A stretch of 64,000 bases of DNA from Vicinamibacteria bacterium (GTDB lineage Bacteria > Acidobacteriota > Vicinamibacteria > Marinacidobacterales > Marinacidobacteraceae). A program made the position numbers and the translations under genes. Positions 30,885 to 38,658 of this stretch are shown here, one piece after another (position 1 is the first letter of the stretch; each line of letters opens with the position of its first letter). The notes beneath the pieces were generated by a model, which saw nothing but the letters and a program-made list of their open reading frames with translations, searched no databases and had not been told where the DNA came from. Location of the stretch: NCBI GenBank assembly GCA_963555995.3, contig OY821641.1, positions 2,560,001 to 2,624,000 of the forward strand, written 5' to 3'.

Positions 30885-31416
30885 CAACCTGTGTGATTCA
30901 GGCCGCCTGCGAGTCCGAGCCTGTGTGATTCAAACCGCCTGCCGGGTCAAGCCTATGTGATTCAGCCTGTCTCACGCCCCGAGCCTATGTGATTCAGCAC
31001 GTTTCGCGCCCCGAGCCTATGTGATTCAGACCGTCTCACACCCCGAGCCTATGTGATTCGGCCCGTCTCGCGCCCCGAGCCTATGTGATTCAGCACATCT
31101 CGCGCCCCGAGCCTATGTGATTCGGCCCGTCTCACGCCCCGAGCCTATGTGATTCGGCCCGCCTCGCGCCCCGAGCCTATGTGATTCAGCACATCTCGCG
31201 CTCCGAGCCTATGTGATTCAGCACGTCTCACGCCCCGAGCCTATGTGATTCGGCCCGTCTCACGCCCCGAGCCTATGTGATTCGGCCCGCCTCGCGCCCG
31301 AGCCTATGTGATTCGGCCCGTCTCACGCCCCGAGCCTATGTGATTCGGCCCGCCTCGCGCCCGAGCCTATGTGATTCGGCCCGTCTCACGCCCCGAGCCT
31401 ATGTGATTCAGCACGT
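30885..31416. repeat. 17-unit tandem array, 32-bp period, core CCGAGCCTATGTGATTC
   Basis: Core starts at 30887, 30919, 30951, 30983, 31015, 31047, 31079, 31111, 31143, 31175, 31207, 31239, 31271, 31302, 31334, 31365, 31397. Confidence 0.97.
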
Positions 31417-31426
31417 CGGCCCACGC

Positions 31427-31474
31427 TGTCAAGCGACAGATAAAACTGGGCCGCTGGCGACATCTAAAACTGGG
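31427..31474. mobile_element. IS21-family-like terminal end (continues at 32852, after the ISL3)
   Basis: TGTCAAGCGACAGATAAAACTGGGCCGCTGGCGACATCTAAAACTGGG|CCACC: TGT end plus repeated GCGACAnnTAAAACTGGGCC subterminal boxes, as in IS21 ends. No istA/istB recognised. Confidence 0.6.
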
Positions 31475-32851
31475 GGCGCTTCACGGTTTCGTGTGGAAAC
31501 AGGCCGCAGCCGGGCTGAGGTCCAGCCCGCCCAGGTGGAAGTAGATCGCCTCCCGGAAGCGGGCGCGGTTTCGGTAACCGCAGGCCATCTTCTTGAGCCA
31601 CTGGATGCGCGAGTTGATGGCCTCGGCGCGTGCATTGGTGACGGTGGAGGTGGCGGCGTTGATCACGCCATCCCAGTGTCGCTTGATCATCCGAGCGACA
31701 CGCTTGATGGGTTCCAGGCGTGAGCGGATGGCCCAGCCGTACCACTGCTTCCACCGGCGTTCGGCCCAGCCCCGGACCCGGTATCCCCACAGGGTTGCGG
31801 CCAACTGCTTGATCGCCCAGGCGCGCGCCACCCGGAGTTCACTGTTCCGCAGGGTGGCGAATTTCAACTGCTGCCGGCGATTCAGCGTCCCCGGCTTCAT
31901 CTGCCACAGGTACCTGCTCTTGTTGAGCCGGTCGTCCCCGGAGCGCAGCAACTCCCGATGCTCCTCCCGGCGCACCCGGTCCACCGCCTGTCCCAGGTGC
32001 TGAAACACGTGGAACTTGTCGAACACGATCTCCGCTTCGGTGTTCTCCCGGACCGACCGGATGTACGGCTGCGCCATGTCCATCGCCACCTGCTCAAGCT
32101 CGGCACACCCTTCCGACCCCAGTTCCTCGAAGAAGCCGTCAAGAGCCGTTTGGCTCCGCCCGTCAGCGACATACAGGACGCTGCCTGCCAGATCGTTCAC
32201 CACCGTCACATACTCGTGCCGCTTCTGGAAGGAGGTCTCATCCACCCCGATCCGACGGGGCGGACGGAGCTCCCGGCGCGCCAGCCCCCGCCGCACCGCC
32301 CGGTGCTGGATACCCGCCACCTGACCCCACGAAAGACCGAACTGCCGCGCGACCGCCGAGGCGCTCGCTTCCAGAAGCCAGGCGATCACCAGCCCCTCGA
32401 AACGGGCCGTGAATCGGGAGTTCGCATCCGCCCACGGGGGAACCACCTGTCGCACCCCATGCACCGTGCAGCGCACCCGCGGGATCTCCGCCACCAACCA
32501 GGTCTGATACTGCATCGTGTCCAGATGCCGCCAGCGCCGCCGCCGCCCGTCGTGCCGCTGACCCGCCTCGCCGCACTCCGGGCACGCCAGGCGGCCTCCC
32601 GTCCACACCACCATCACCTCAACCTCCTCCGTCTCGTGGCGCACCAGGACCTCCGACACCTGCCACGGGGGACGCAAGCCGAGAAGCGATTGGTAATGCT
32701 GGGTGATGTACGTCATCACGCCAGCATAAAACGACGCCTCCCGAGCACCCTCCCGAAACCGCGCCCGCTTCCGGGAGGCGATCTACTTCCCCTGGGCGGG
32801 CTGGATCTCAGCCCGGCTGCGGCCTGTTTCCACACGAAACCGTGAAGAGCC
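31475..32851 (-). mobile_element. ISL3-family insertion sequence, 1377 bp, 8-bp target site duplication AAACTGGG
   Basis: Ends GGCGCTTCACGGTTTCGTGTGG... and ...CCACACGAAACCGTGAAGAGCC; AAACTGGG at 31467-31474 and 32852-32859. Confidence 0.95.
31481..32719 (-). CDS. ISL3 transposase
   Basis: zf-ISL3 CPECG..RRWRHLD..PRVRC.VHG, IGVDETSF, VAMDM, FDKFHV, TNARAEAINSRIQ...GYRN. Confidence 0.96.
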   Translation of the reverse strand: MMTYITQHYQSLLGLRPPWQVSEVLVRHETEEVEVMVVWTGGRLACPECGEAGQRHDGRRRRWRHLDTMQYQTWLVAEIPRVRCTVHGVRQVVPPWADANSRFTARFEGLVIAWLLEASASAVARQFGLSWGQVAGIQHRAVRRGLARRELRPPRRIGVDETSFQKRHEYVTVVNDLAGSVLYVADGRSQTALDGFFEELGSEGCAELEQVAMDMAQPYIRSVRENTEAEIVFDKFHVFQHLGQAVDRVRREEHRELLRSGDDRLNKSRYLWQMKPGTLNRRQQLKFATLRNSELRVARAWAIKQLAATLWGYRVRGWAERRWKQWYGWAIRSRLEPIKRVARMIKRHWDGVINAATSTVTNARAEAINSRIQWLKKMACGYRNRARFREAIYFHLGGLDLSPAAACFHTKP

Positions 32852-32995
32852 AAACTGGGCCACCCCCGAGGGTTGGACGGCATCATGATGGTGTCTGGGG
32901 CGTGGGGGTTGATCCGGGGTTCGGGGGACAAGCGGCTCTCCGAACTGGTGTTCATGGTGGAGCAATAGCCGGGTAGCGGCTCTCCGCTCCCTCCC

Positions 32996-33427
32996 TCAAT
33001 CGCGCTCCTGATCCCGGAACCGGTCGAGGAACGCGGCGGGGCTGAGAATCGGTATCCCGCGGAACGGGGACATATCCAGCAGGTCCAGATCGCCCGTTAC
33101 CAGGCAGTTTGCGTCCCCCATCAGCGCCGTCTCAAGCATCTTGTCGTCATCGGGGTCGCGACACCCCAGCTTGGCCCCGGCTATCGAGACGAATTCCGAG
33201 ACTGCCCGCAGTTGGGCCAGGTAGACCAGCCGGTGTTCCCGAGCTGCATACCGGTCGAACTTCGACCGAAGCAGGCGAGTCCGAAGCTCCTCGAAGGTCT
33301 CCTCGGAGAACAGCAGCACGCCGTTTTCCGCCCGGAGCACGTCCACGACCGCCCGCGGCGGGCTCTCTCGTCGAAGCGCAGCGCTGATCAGTACATTCGT
33401 GTCCAGAACAAGCCGCTCAGCTTTCAT
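32996..33427 (-). CDS. PIN-family toxin (PIN_3 type)
   Basis: LVLDTNVLISA...E...CRDPDDDKMLETA...LVTGDLDLL. Confidence 0.92.
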   Translation of the reverse strand: MKAERLVLDTNVLISAALRRESPPRAVVDVLRAENGVLLFSEETFEELRTRLLRSKFDRYAAREHRLVYLAQLRAVSEFVSIAGAKLGCRDPDDDKMLETALMGDANCLVTGDLDLLDMSPFRGIPILSPAAFLDRFRDQERD

Positions 33428-33668
33428 CGGCCAACAGCGCGTTCAGCTCGGACTCGGTCAATCCGCGGGCGGCTGCTTCCTGACCCAGAGCGTCCATCGT
33501 CTGCGTCAGCCGTTCCCAGGCGGCGCCGCGAAGACGCTCATATTGCTGGACCGACATCACGACGCTGACGGGCCTCTCCTTCTTCGTGACGAGTACCGGG
33601 GCGCTCTGGGAGGCGTCAAGCAGACGTCCGAAGCTGTTCTTGGCCTCTCGGGCGGCGATCCTTCTCAT
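33417..33668 (-). CDS. Phd/YefM antitoxin
   Basis: IAAREAKNSFGRLLDASQSAPVLVTKKERPVSVVMS; overlaps the toxin. Confidence 0.92.
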   Translation of the reverse strand: MRRIAAREAKNSFGRLLDASQSAPVLVTKKERPVSVVMSVQQYERLRGAAWERLTQTMDALGQEAAARGLTESELNALLADES

Positions 33669-33674
33669 TAAGCC

Positions 33675-33694
33675 ATTATAGCTATTAGAGCTAT
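33675..33694 (-). promoter_or_regulatory. -10 box and palindromic operator of the Phd-PIN operon
   Basis: Minus strand ATAGCTctaatAGCTATAAT-ggctta-ATG: an inverted repeat overlaps a perfect TATAAT 6 nt before the ATG (probably leaderless). Confidence 0.6.
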
Positions 33695-33744
33695 GTCATT
33701 CGTGATCCTCCCCTCCCTACCGCCACCGTGTTAGCCTCGATTCC

Positions 33745-34647
33745 GTGGAACGGGAATCGGGCGGCGCGGCCACGGAGACCCCGGTCGGCCCGGACGGGAA
33801 CTGGACGGAGCCGGCGCGCAGGGAGCGCAACCGGGACGCCATCCGCCGCTTCTTCGAGACCGGGGAGTACCCCTACCGGCGGAAGCTCGCCCGCCGACCG
33901 TACGAACGGCAAAAAGCCGCGCTGCAGGTCGAGCTGCTCAAGGTGCAGGACTGGGTGAAGGCGACGAACGAGAAGATCGTCGTCCTCTTCGAGGGCCGGG
34001 ACGCCGCCGGCAAGGGCGGGACCATCAAGCGGTTCACCGAGCATCTCAACCCGCGCGGCGCCCGGGTGGTCGCGCTGGAAAAGCCGACCGACGGCGAACA
34101 GACCGAGTGGTTCTTCCAGCGCTACATCCACCACCTGCCGCGGGGCGGCGAAATCGTGCTGTTCGACCGTTCCTGGTACAACCGCGCCGGCGTCGAGCGG
34201 GTCATGGGGTTCTGCGGCGGCAGGGACTACCTGGAGTTCATGCGGCAGGCACCCGAGCTGGAGCGGATGCTCGTGCGCAGCGGGATCCGACTCATCAAGT
34301 ACTGGTTCTCGGTGACCCAGGAGGAGCAGCGCCGCCGCTTCGAAGCCCGCGAGCAGGACGTGCTGAAGCGGTGGAAGATGTCGCCGATCGACCGCCAGTC
34401 CCTCAACAAGTGGGACGAGTACACGGCGGCCAAGGAGGCGATGTTCTTCTACACGGACACCGCCGACGCCCCCTGGACGATCGTCAAGTCGGACTGCAAG
34501 AAGCGCGCGCGGCTGAACTGCATGCGGCACTTCCTGGCCGCGCTGCCCTACACGAACAAGGACGAGCGCGTCGTAGGGCGTCCGGATCCGCTCATCGTCG
34601 CCAGCGCCGACCTCAGCGGCGCGGGCGAAGCGGTGCCCGGCGCCTGA
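33745..34647 (+). CDS. ppk2: Polyphosphate kinase 2
   Basis: FEGRDAAGKGGTIKR, FDRSWYNRAGVERVMGFC, KRWKMSPID, DCKKRARLN. Confidence 0.96.
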   Translation: MERESGGAATETPVGPDGNWTEPARRERNRDAIRRFFETGEYPYRRKLARRPYERQKAALQVELLKVQDWVKATNEKIVVLFEGRDAAGKGGTIKRFTEHLNPRGARVVALEKPTDGEQTEWFFQRYIHHLPRGGEIVLFDRSWYNRAGVERVMGFCGGRDYLEFMRQAPELERMLVRSGIRLIKYWFSVTQEEQRRRFEAREQDVLKRWKMSPIDRQSLNKWDEYTAAKEAMFFYTDTADAPWTIVKSDCKKRARLNCMRHFLAALPYTNKDERVVGRPDPLIVASADLSGAGEAVPGA

Positions 34648-34735
34648 CGCGGGCGGCGTGCGGGTGCCTCGCGTCGTCCGCGTCGAACAGCGCGACGAGC
34701 GCCGACGAATCCACGAAGACCGGGAGCGGCGCCAT
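34613..34735 (-). pseudogene. Truncated PIN/VapC toxin (N-terminus only)
   Basis: MAPLPVFVDSSALVALFDADDARHPHAA is TGATG-coupled to the antitoxin and then runs into the ppk2 3' end. Confidence 0.7.
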
Positions 34736-35172
34736 CAGCCGCCCTCCTCCACCGCGCGGGCGAACTCCTCGTCGTGGTTCTCCGCGAGCCCGCCGCCGCC
34801 CGAGCGGTAGCGACCGATCACCGACTTCATGGCTTCGCAGTCTTCGTCGAGCCGCCGCCGGTCGGTGTCGGCATCCAGCAGTTCGCGCAGCAGCACTTCC
34901 GGAGCCACGCCGCGTTCTCCGGCCGCCTGGCGGAGCCGCTCCATGACGCCCTTCGGAGCCGTCCCGGCGACCGCCGCACCGTAGGCCGCCCGCGGTTCGG
35001 CGACCCGATCGGCGGCGGCCTCCGGCGGAGCGTCCGCCGCCCCGGACGCCGGCACGAGCCGCGCCACCGGTCGGCCCCACTTGGTGATGACCACGGGCGT
35101 CCCGGTGGCCGCGACCTCGTCCATCGTCTTCAGGCAGATGTCCTTGAACTTGCCGGCGGGAAGAGTGCGCAT
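34735..35172 (-). CDS. Phd/YefM antitoxin fused to a second RHH/VapB-like segment
   Basis: MRTLPAGKFKDICLKTMDEVAATGTPVVITKWGRPVARLVP, then ERLRQAAGERGVAPEVLLRELLD...IGRYRSG..GLAENHDE. Confidence 0.8.
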   Translation of the reverse strand: MRTLPAGKFKDICLKTMDEVAATGTPVVITKWGRPVARLVPASGAADAPPEAAADRVAEPRAAYGAAVAGTAPKGVMERLRQAAGERGVAPEVLLRELLDADTDRRRLDEDCEAMKSVIGRYRSGGGGLAENHDEEFARAVEEGG

Positions 35173-35362
35173 CCGCCGATTGTAGCCATGGCCATATCTC
35201 GGCTCGCGGACCGCCAGCGCGAGACGACCGGACGCTTCCCGGCCATCTCCCGAACCCCGTACCCCCGATGGCTTTCGTGTGAGGGTAGATCGTTGAATAG
35301 CGGTCAGCCTCCCTGCAGCGCGGCGGCTAGACTTGCGTTCCGCGGAGCGAGAGACCAGCCAG

Positions 35363-35674
35363 ATGACTGAAGCGCGACTGAACGACGTTCGGGAGATCGT
35401 GGCGCAGGTGCTCGCCGAGATCTTCGGCGACACGGTGCGATTCGGACGGATCCACATGGGTTCCCTCGTGGATCACGACGGGTTCGAGTACGTGACCGCC
35501 CGCGTCATCTACGAGTCCCCGGACGAATCGCTCGATGCCAGGAAGATGGTGAGCGTCCATGGCCCCCTGAATGATCGGGTGCTGGCAATCGGGGTGGACG
35601 CCATTCCGGTCGTGTCGTACATCGCCAAGTCGGAAGAACGGGAATGGCTCGGTGATCGCGCGCAATCTGATTGA
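35363..35674 (+). CDS. Small hypothetical protein (possible degenerate MNT-like partner of the HEPN)
   Basis: 103 aa with a DHDG motif; overlaps the HEPN-like gene. Confidence 0.6.
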   Translation: MTEARLNDVREIVAQVLAEIFGDTVRFGRIHMGSLVDHDGFEYVTARVIYESPDESLDARKMVSVHGPLNDRVLAIGVDAIPVVSYIAKSEEREWLGDRAQSD

Positions 35675-36116
35675 GACCGCCCGTTCCCTGATCCCGGCCG
35701 GTCGGGGGCGGCCCCGGGAGACGGACCTTCGCCGCGCCGCGAGTACGACCTACTACGCCGCGTTCCACCGCCTCATGCAGTGCTGCGCCGACCGACTGGT
35801 CGGAACCGGTCTCGCTCGGCAAACTCCCGCCTGGAACCGCGTGTACCGAGCGTTGAACCACGCTCAGTGCGCACGGGTCCGCAGGCGGGAAGCGAGGGGT
35901 CTTTCGATCCCGGTTCGAGCGCTGACAGACCTGCTTCCGGACCTGATGGGTCGCCGACACGCCGCCGACTACGACCCCGGTGCCGACTTCACGAAGTCGG
36001 AGGTCCTCGGAGACATTGGCGCGACCGAAGCTGCGTTGGACGCGTTCGACAGATCATCGGCCAACGATCAGCGCGAGCTCGCCGTCTTCCTGCTGTTCCG
36101 CGAGCGGCCCGACTGA
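35652..36116 (+). CDS. HEPN-like protein
   Basis: DLRRAASTTYYAAFH and RHAADYDP, typical of HEPN subfamilies. Confidence 0.75.
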   Translation: MIARNLIETARSLIPAGRGRPRETDLRRAASTTYYAAFHRLMQCCADRLVGTGLARQTPAWNRVYRALNHAQCARVRRREARGLSIPVRALTDLLPDLMGRRHAADYDPGADFTKSEVLGDIGATEAALDAFDRSSANDQRELAVFLLFRERPD

Positions 36117-36174
36117 TCTCACGGCGACTGCCGTTCCCCATCACGGCCGGACCGCGGGAATGCCCGGCTTTCGG

Positions 36175-36391
36175 CCACCTCGCTGCCGGGCGGCTCCGGC
36201 GCATCCTGTTCCGGCTCCAGGAGGCGACCGACCCACGCAGCGCTGATGCGCCCGAGTTTCGGCTGCATCCGCTGAATGGCGACCGCGCGGGCGAGTGGAG
36301 TGTTCGCGTCTCCGGCAACTGGCGGGTCGTGTTCCGTTTCGAGGACAAAGAGGTCGTGGACGTGAACCTGATTGACTATCACTGTCGGTAG
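36175..36391 (+). pseudogene. HigB/RelE-type toxin, 5'-truncated
   Basis: RLRRILFRLQEA...FRLHPLNGDRAGEWSVRVSGNWRVVFRFEDKEVVDVNLIDYH; the usual N-terminus and start codon are missing. Confidence 0.75.
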
Positions 36392-36413
36392 AGGAGTGCC
36401 GACAAGGAACGAC

Positions 36414-36704
36414 ATGACGAACGACCGCGTCGGCCCGATGCGGAACCCGCCGCATCTCGGCGAACTGATCCGGGAGAGCATGGACGAACTGGGTTGGACC
36501 GTGACCCGGACGGCGGAGCAACTCGGCTGCGAGCGGGGCACGCTGTCACGCCTGCTGAACGGCAAGGCGGGGCTGTCGGCCGCCATGGCGCTGGCGCTGG
36601 AGGACGTCGGCTGGGGCACCGCCGACCACTGGATGCGGATGCAGGCGAGCTACGAACTCGCGCAGGCGCGCCGGGACCGGGCGTCCGCGGCGGCTACGGC
36701 CTGA
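36414..36704 (+). CDS. higA: HigA-family antitoxin
   Basis: MRNPPHLGELIRE...LSRLLNGKAGLSAAMALAL...WMRMQASYEL. Confidence 0.92.
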   Translation: MTNDRVGPMRNPPHLGELIRESMDELGWTVTRTAEQLGCERGTLSRLLNGKAGLSAAMALALEDVGWGTADHWMRMQASYELAQARRDRASAAATA

Positions 36705-36722
36705 CCGAACCGGCCGCGCGAC

Positions 36723-37058
36723 TCACCGATGGCTCGGCGCGCCCTGTCCGGCCGCGTCCGAATCGAGCGCCACTTCCGGGCGCAACTTCAGGCCCAGAGC
36801 GTCGAGGACCCGGAGAACGGTGTCGAGCGTGGGATTGCGCTCCCCCGAAAGCGCCTTGTAGAGGCTTTCGCGGGACAGGCCGGCGTCGGACGCGACCTGC
36901 GACATCCCCCGGGCGCGGGCCATATCGCCGAGCGCCTTGGCGATGAACGCGGCATCGCCGGCCGCCTCCTCCATGCAGGCTTCCAGACAGGCGGCCATTT
37001 CCTCCGGCGTGCGGAGGTGCTCGGCCACGTCGTAAGGCGTAGTAGCGGTCGTGGTCAT
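36723..37058 (-). CDS. Addiction module antidote protein (HTH), orphan
   Basis: YDVAEHLRTPEEM...IAKALGDMARARGMSQVASDAGLSRESLYKALSGERNP; no killer gene upstream. Confidence 0.9.
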   Translation of the reverse strand: MTTTATTPYDVAEHLRTPEEMAACLEACMEEAAGDAAFIAKALGDMARARGMSQVASDAGLSRESLYKALSGERNPTLDTVLRVLDALGLKLRPEVALDSDAAGQGAPSHR

Positions 37059-37132
37059 GGTTCCCACCTACAGGTTTGCCGTGTGAACGCAGTCCCGCGG
37101 GTCCGCCAGGCGCCGTGATGGCGCCACCGGCT

Positions 37133-37294
37133 GGGAACGCCGGTCTCCAGACCGGCACAGCGGGCCGAAGGCCCGCGGACGTCGTACCGCTGTCTGCCGT
37201 GATGGACCAGGAGTCGAACCCATTCGTGCGGGGCAGCGTCGTGCCGTGCGCTGCGCTGTCGCGCAGCGCGTGCCGGTCTGAAGATCGGCGCTCC
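37133..37294. repeat. REPIN-like element, copy 2
   Basis: GGGAACGCCGGTCTCCAGACCGGCAC...GTGCCGGTCTGAAGATCGGCGCTCC; reverse-complement homologue of 59194-59356. Confidence 0.82.
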
Positions 37295-37472
37295 AGACAA
37301 CCATTTTCATGACCGACGAGGTGTGCAGGAGGACCGATCATGAGGATTTCGGGGAAGGCGTAGGGCCGTCGTCCAGCGATCCGCGTAGACGTCGGACTTC
37401 CGGATCGCAACGGACGGAACGTAGCCAGAAGGCTACAGCCTGTCGAAGAGCGTCGTCTGCCGGCGTTCATCA

Positions 37473-38636
37473 CTACGCGGCCCAGTCACGCACCCACCCC
37501 ATCATCTCCTCCAGCGGAATCCCCAGGATCTCCGCCCCGCGACCCAGGGAAATGCGACCATCTTCCAGAGCCCTTCTCACCAGTCGGGAAAGGCAATCTG
37601 GCCTGAAGTCGTGCTCCGACAGCGCCACCGGCTCGCTGGCGCGACTCCAGTTCCACGCGAACTCACTCTCCTGGAGCGCTTCCGGCTCATCCCGCTTTCC
37701 CGGAGTCCTTCCGAAGCGACTCCGGTGCTGCGTCTGGAATCTGCCCCAGACATCGCGACTCTCGCGGTCCGTCGTGACGAGCCGGTAGAGCACGGTCCTG
37801 TAGCTGACCCGGAACGTCCGCTTCACTGCGAGAACGCGCACCAGCAGCGGGTACCCGCGAGTGGCCTCCCACTCGACGGCGAAGGCCTCCTCCGGCATCA
37901 GGAACTCGCTGGCAAAGGCGTCCGCATCGGCCTCGGCCTTCCGTGGAAGGTCGGTTTGTTCGCTCCGGAATTCCCCCGGATGGAGAAGCAGATGCCCCAG
38001 TTCGTGGGCAGCCGTGAAGATCCAGCGCTCCACCGAGATCCGGTCCCAGACGTTGACCACCACCGCCGGACCACCGTCCTCCGGCCCCACGCTCAGCCCG
38101 AAGAACGAGTCACGCTTCTTGTCCAGCAAGAGGACCTTGACGCCGCTGTCTTCGAGCAACCGGCAGATGTTGGCGACCGGCGCCCGGGACCCGAGCCCCG
38201 CCGCCCGTCGCACGGCTCTCGCGACCTCCGCGGGAGGCCTGACGCCGTTTGACGCGACCAGTTCCTGAAACCGGAACGGCTGCGTTTCGTTCAGTTCCGC
38301 CTCCAGCCAGACGTAGGCGTCCAGCCTCGCCGAGACTTCCGCGAGCGTCTGCTCTCGCCCGTACATCGTCGAGTGAGCGCGGAAGCGGGCACTCCGAAGC
38401 GGCCGCACGGGGATGACCAGATCCCGGACCGGAACCCCAAGGGCCCGCGCCAGCCCGGCGAGCGTCCCCGCGCGGGGCACAACAACGCCACGCTCGATCT
38501 TCCCGATGGCGACCCGGGACACCCCAACCTGCTCGGCGAGCGCGGCCTGGGTCAGCCGCCGGTCCAGCCGCAGCCGGGCGACGTTCGCAGCGATCGCGGT
38601 CTCTTGAGACATGGCCCCTCGCTTGACAAGCTCCAT
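37473..38636 (-). CDS. XRE-HTH + ImmA/IrrE (M78) metallopeptidase fusion
   Basis: LTQAALAEQVGVSRVAIGKIERG; ERWIFTAAHELGHLLLH (HExxH); EADADAFASEFLMP. Confidence 0.92.
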   Translation of the reverse strand: MELVKRGAMSQETAIAANVARLRLDRRLTQAALAEQVGVSRVAIGKIERGVVVPRAGTLAGLARALGVPVRDLVIPVRPLRSARFRAHSTMYGREQTLAEVSARLDAYVWLEAELNETQPFRFQELVASNGVRPPAEVARAVRRAAGLGSRAPVANICRLLEDSGVKVLLLDKKRDSFFGLSVGPEDGGPAVVVNVWDRISVERWIFTAAHELGHLLLHPGEFRSEQTDLPRKAEADADAFASEFLMPEEAFAVEWEATRGYPLLVRVLAVKRTFRVSYRTVLYRLVTTDRESRDVWGRFQTQHRSRFGRTPGKRDEPEALQESEFAWNWSRASEPVALSEHDFRPDCLSRLVRRALEDGRISLGRGAEILGIPLEEMMGWVRDWAA

Positions 38637-38658
38637 AGTTATCTTATCTACATAGCCT

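Noticed and set aside
30885-31416. CRISPR array or TIGR-like guide array
   Set aside because: The variable parts are only ~15 nt, resemble each other and recur identically. There are no unique spacers, and no cas or Nop-domain gene in the window.
31277-31723. 148-aa ORF with repeated peptide
   Set aside because: A by-product of the 63-bp dimer in the array running into the IS; the 32-bp period argues against coding.
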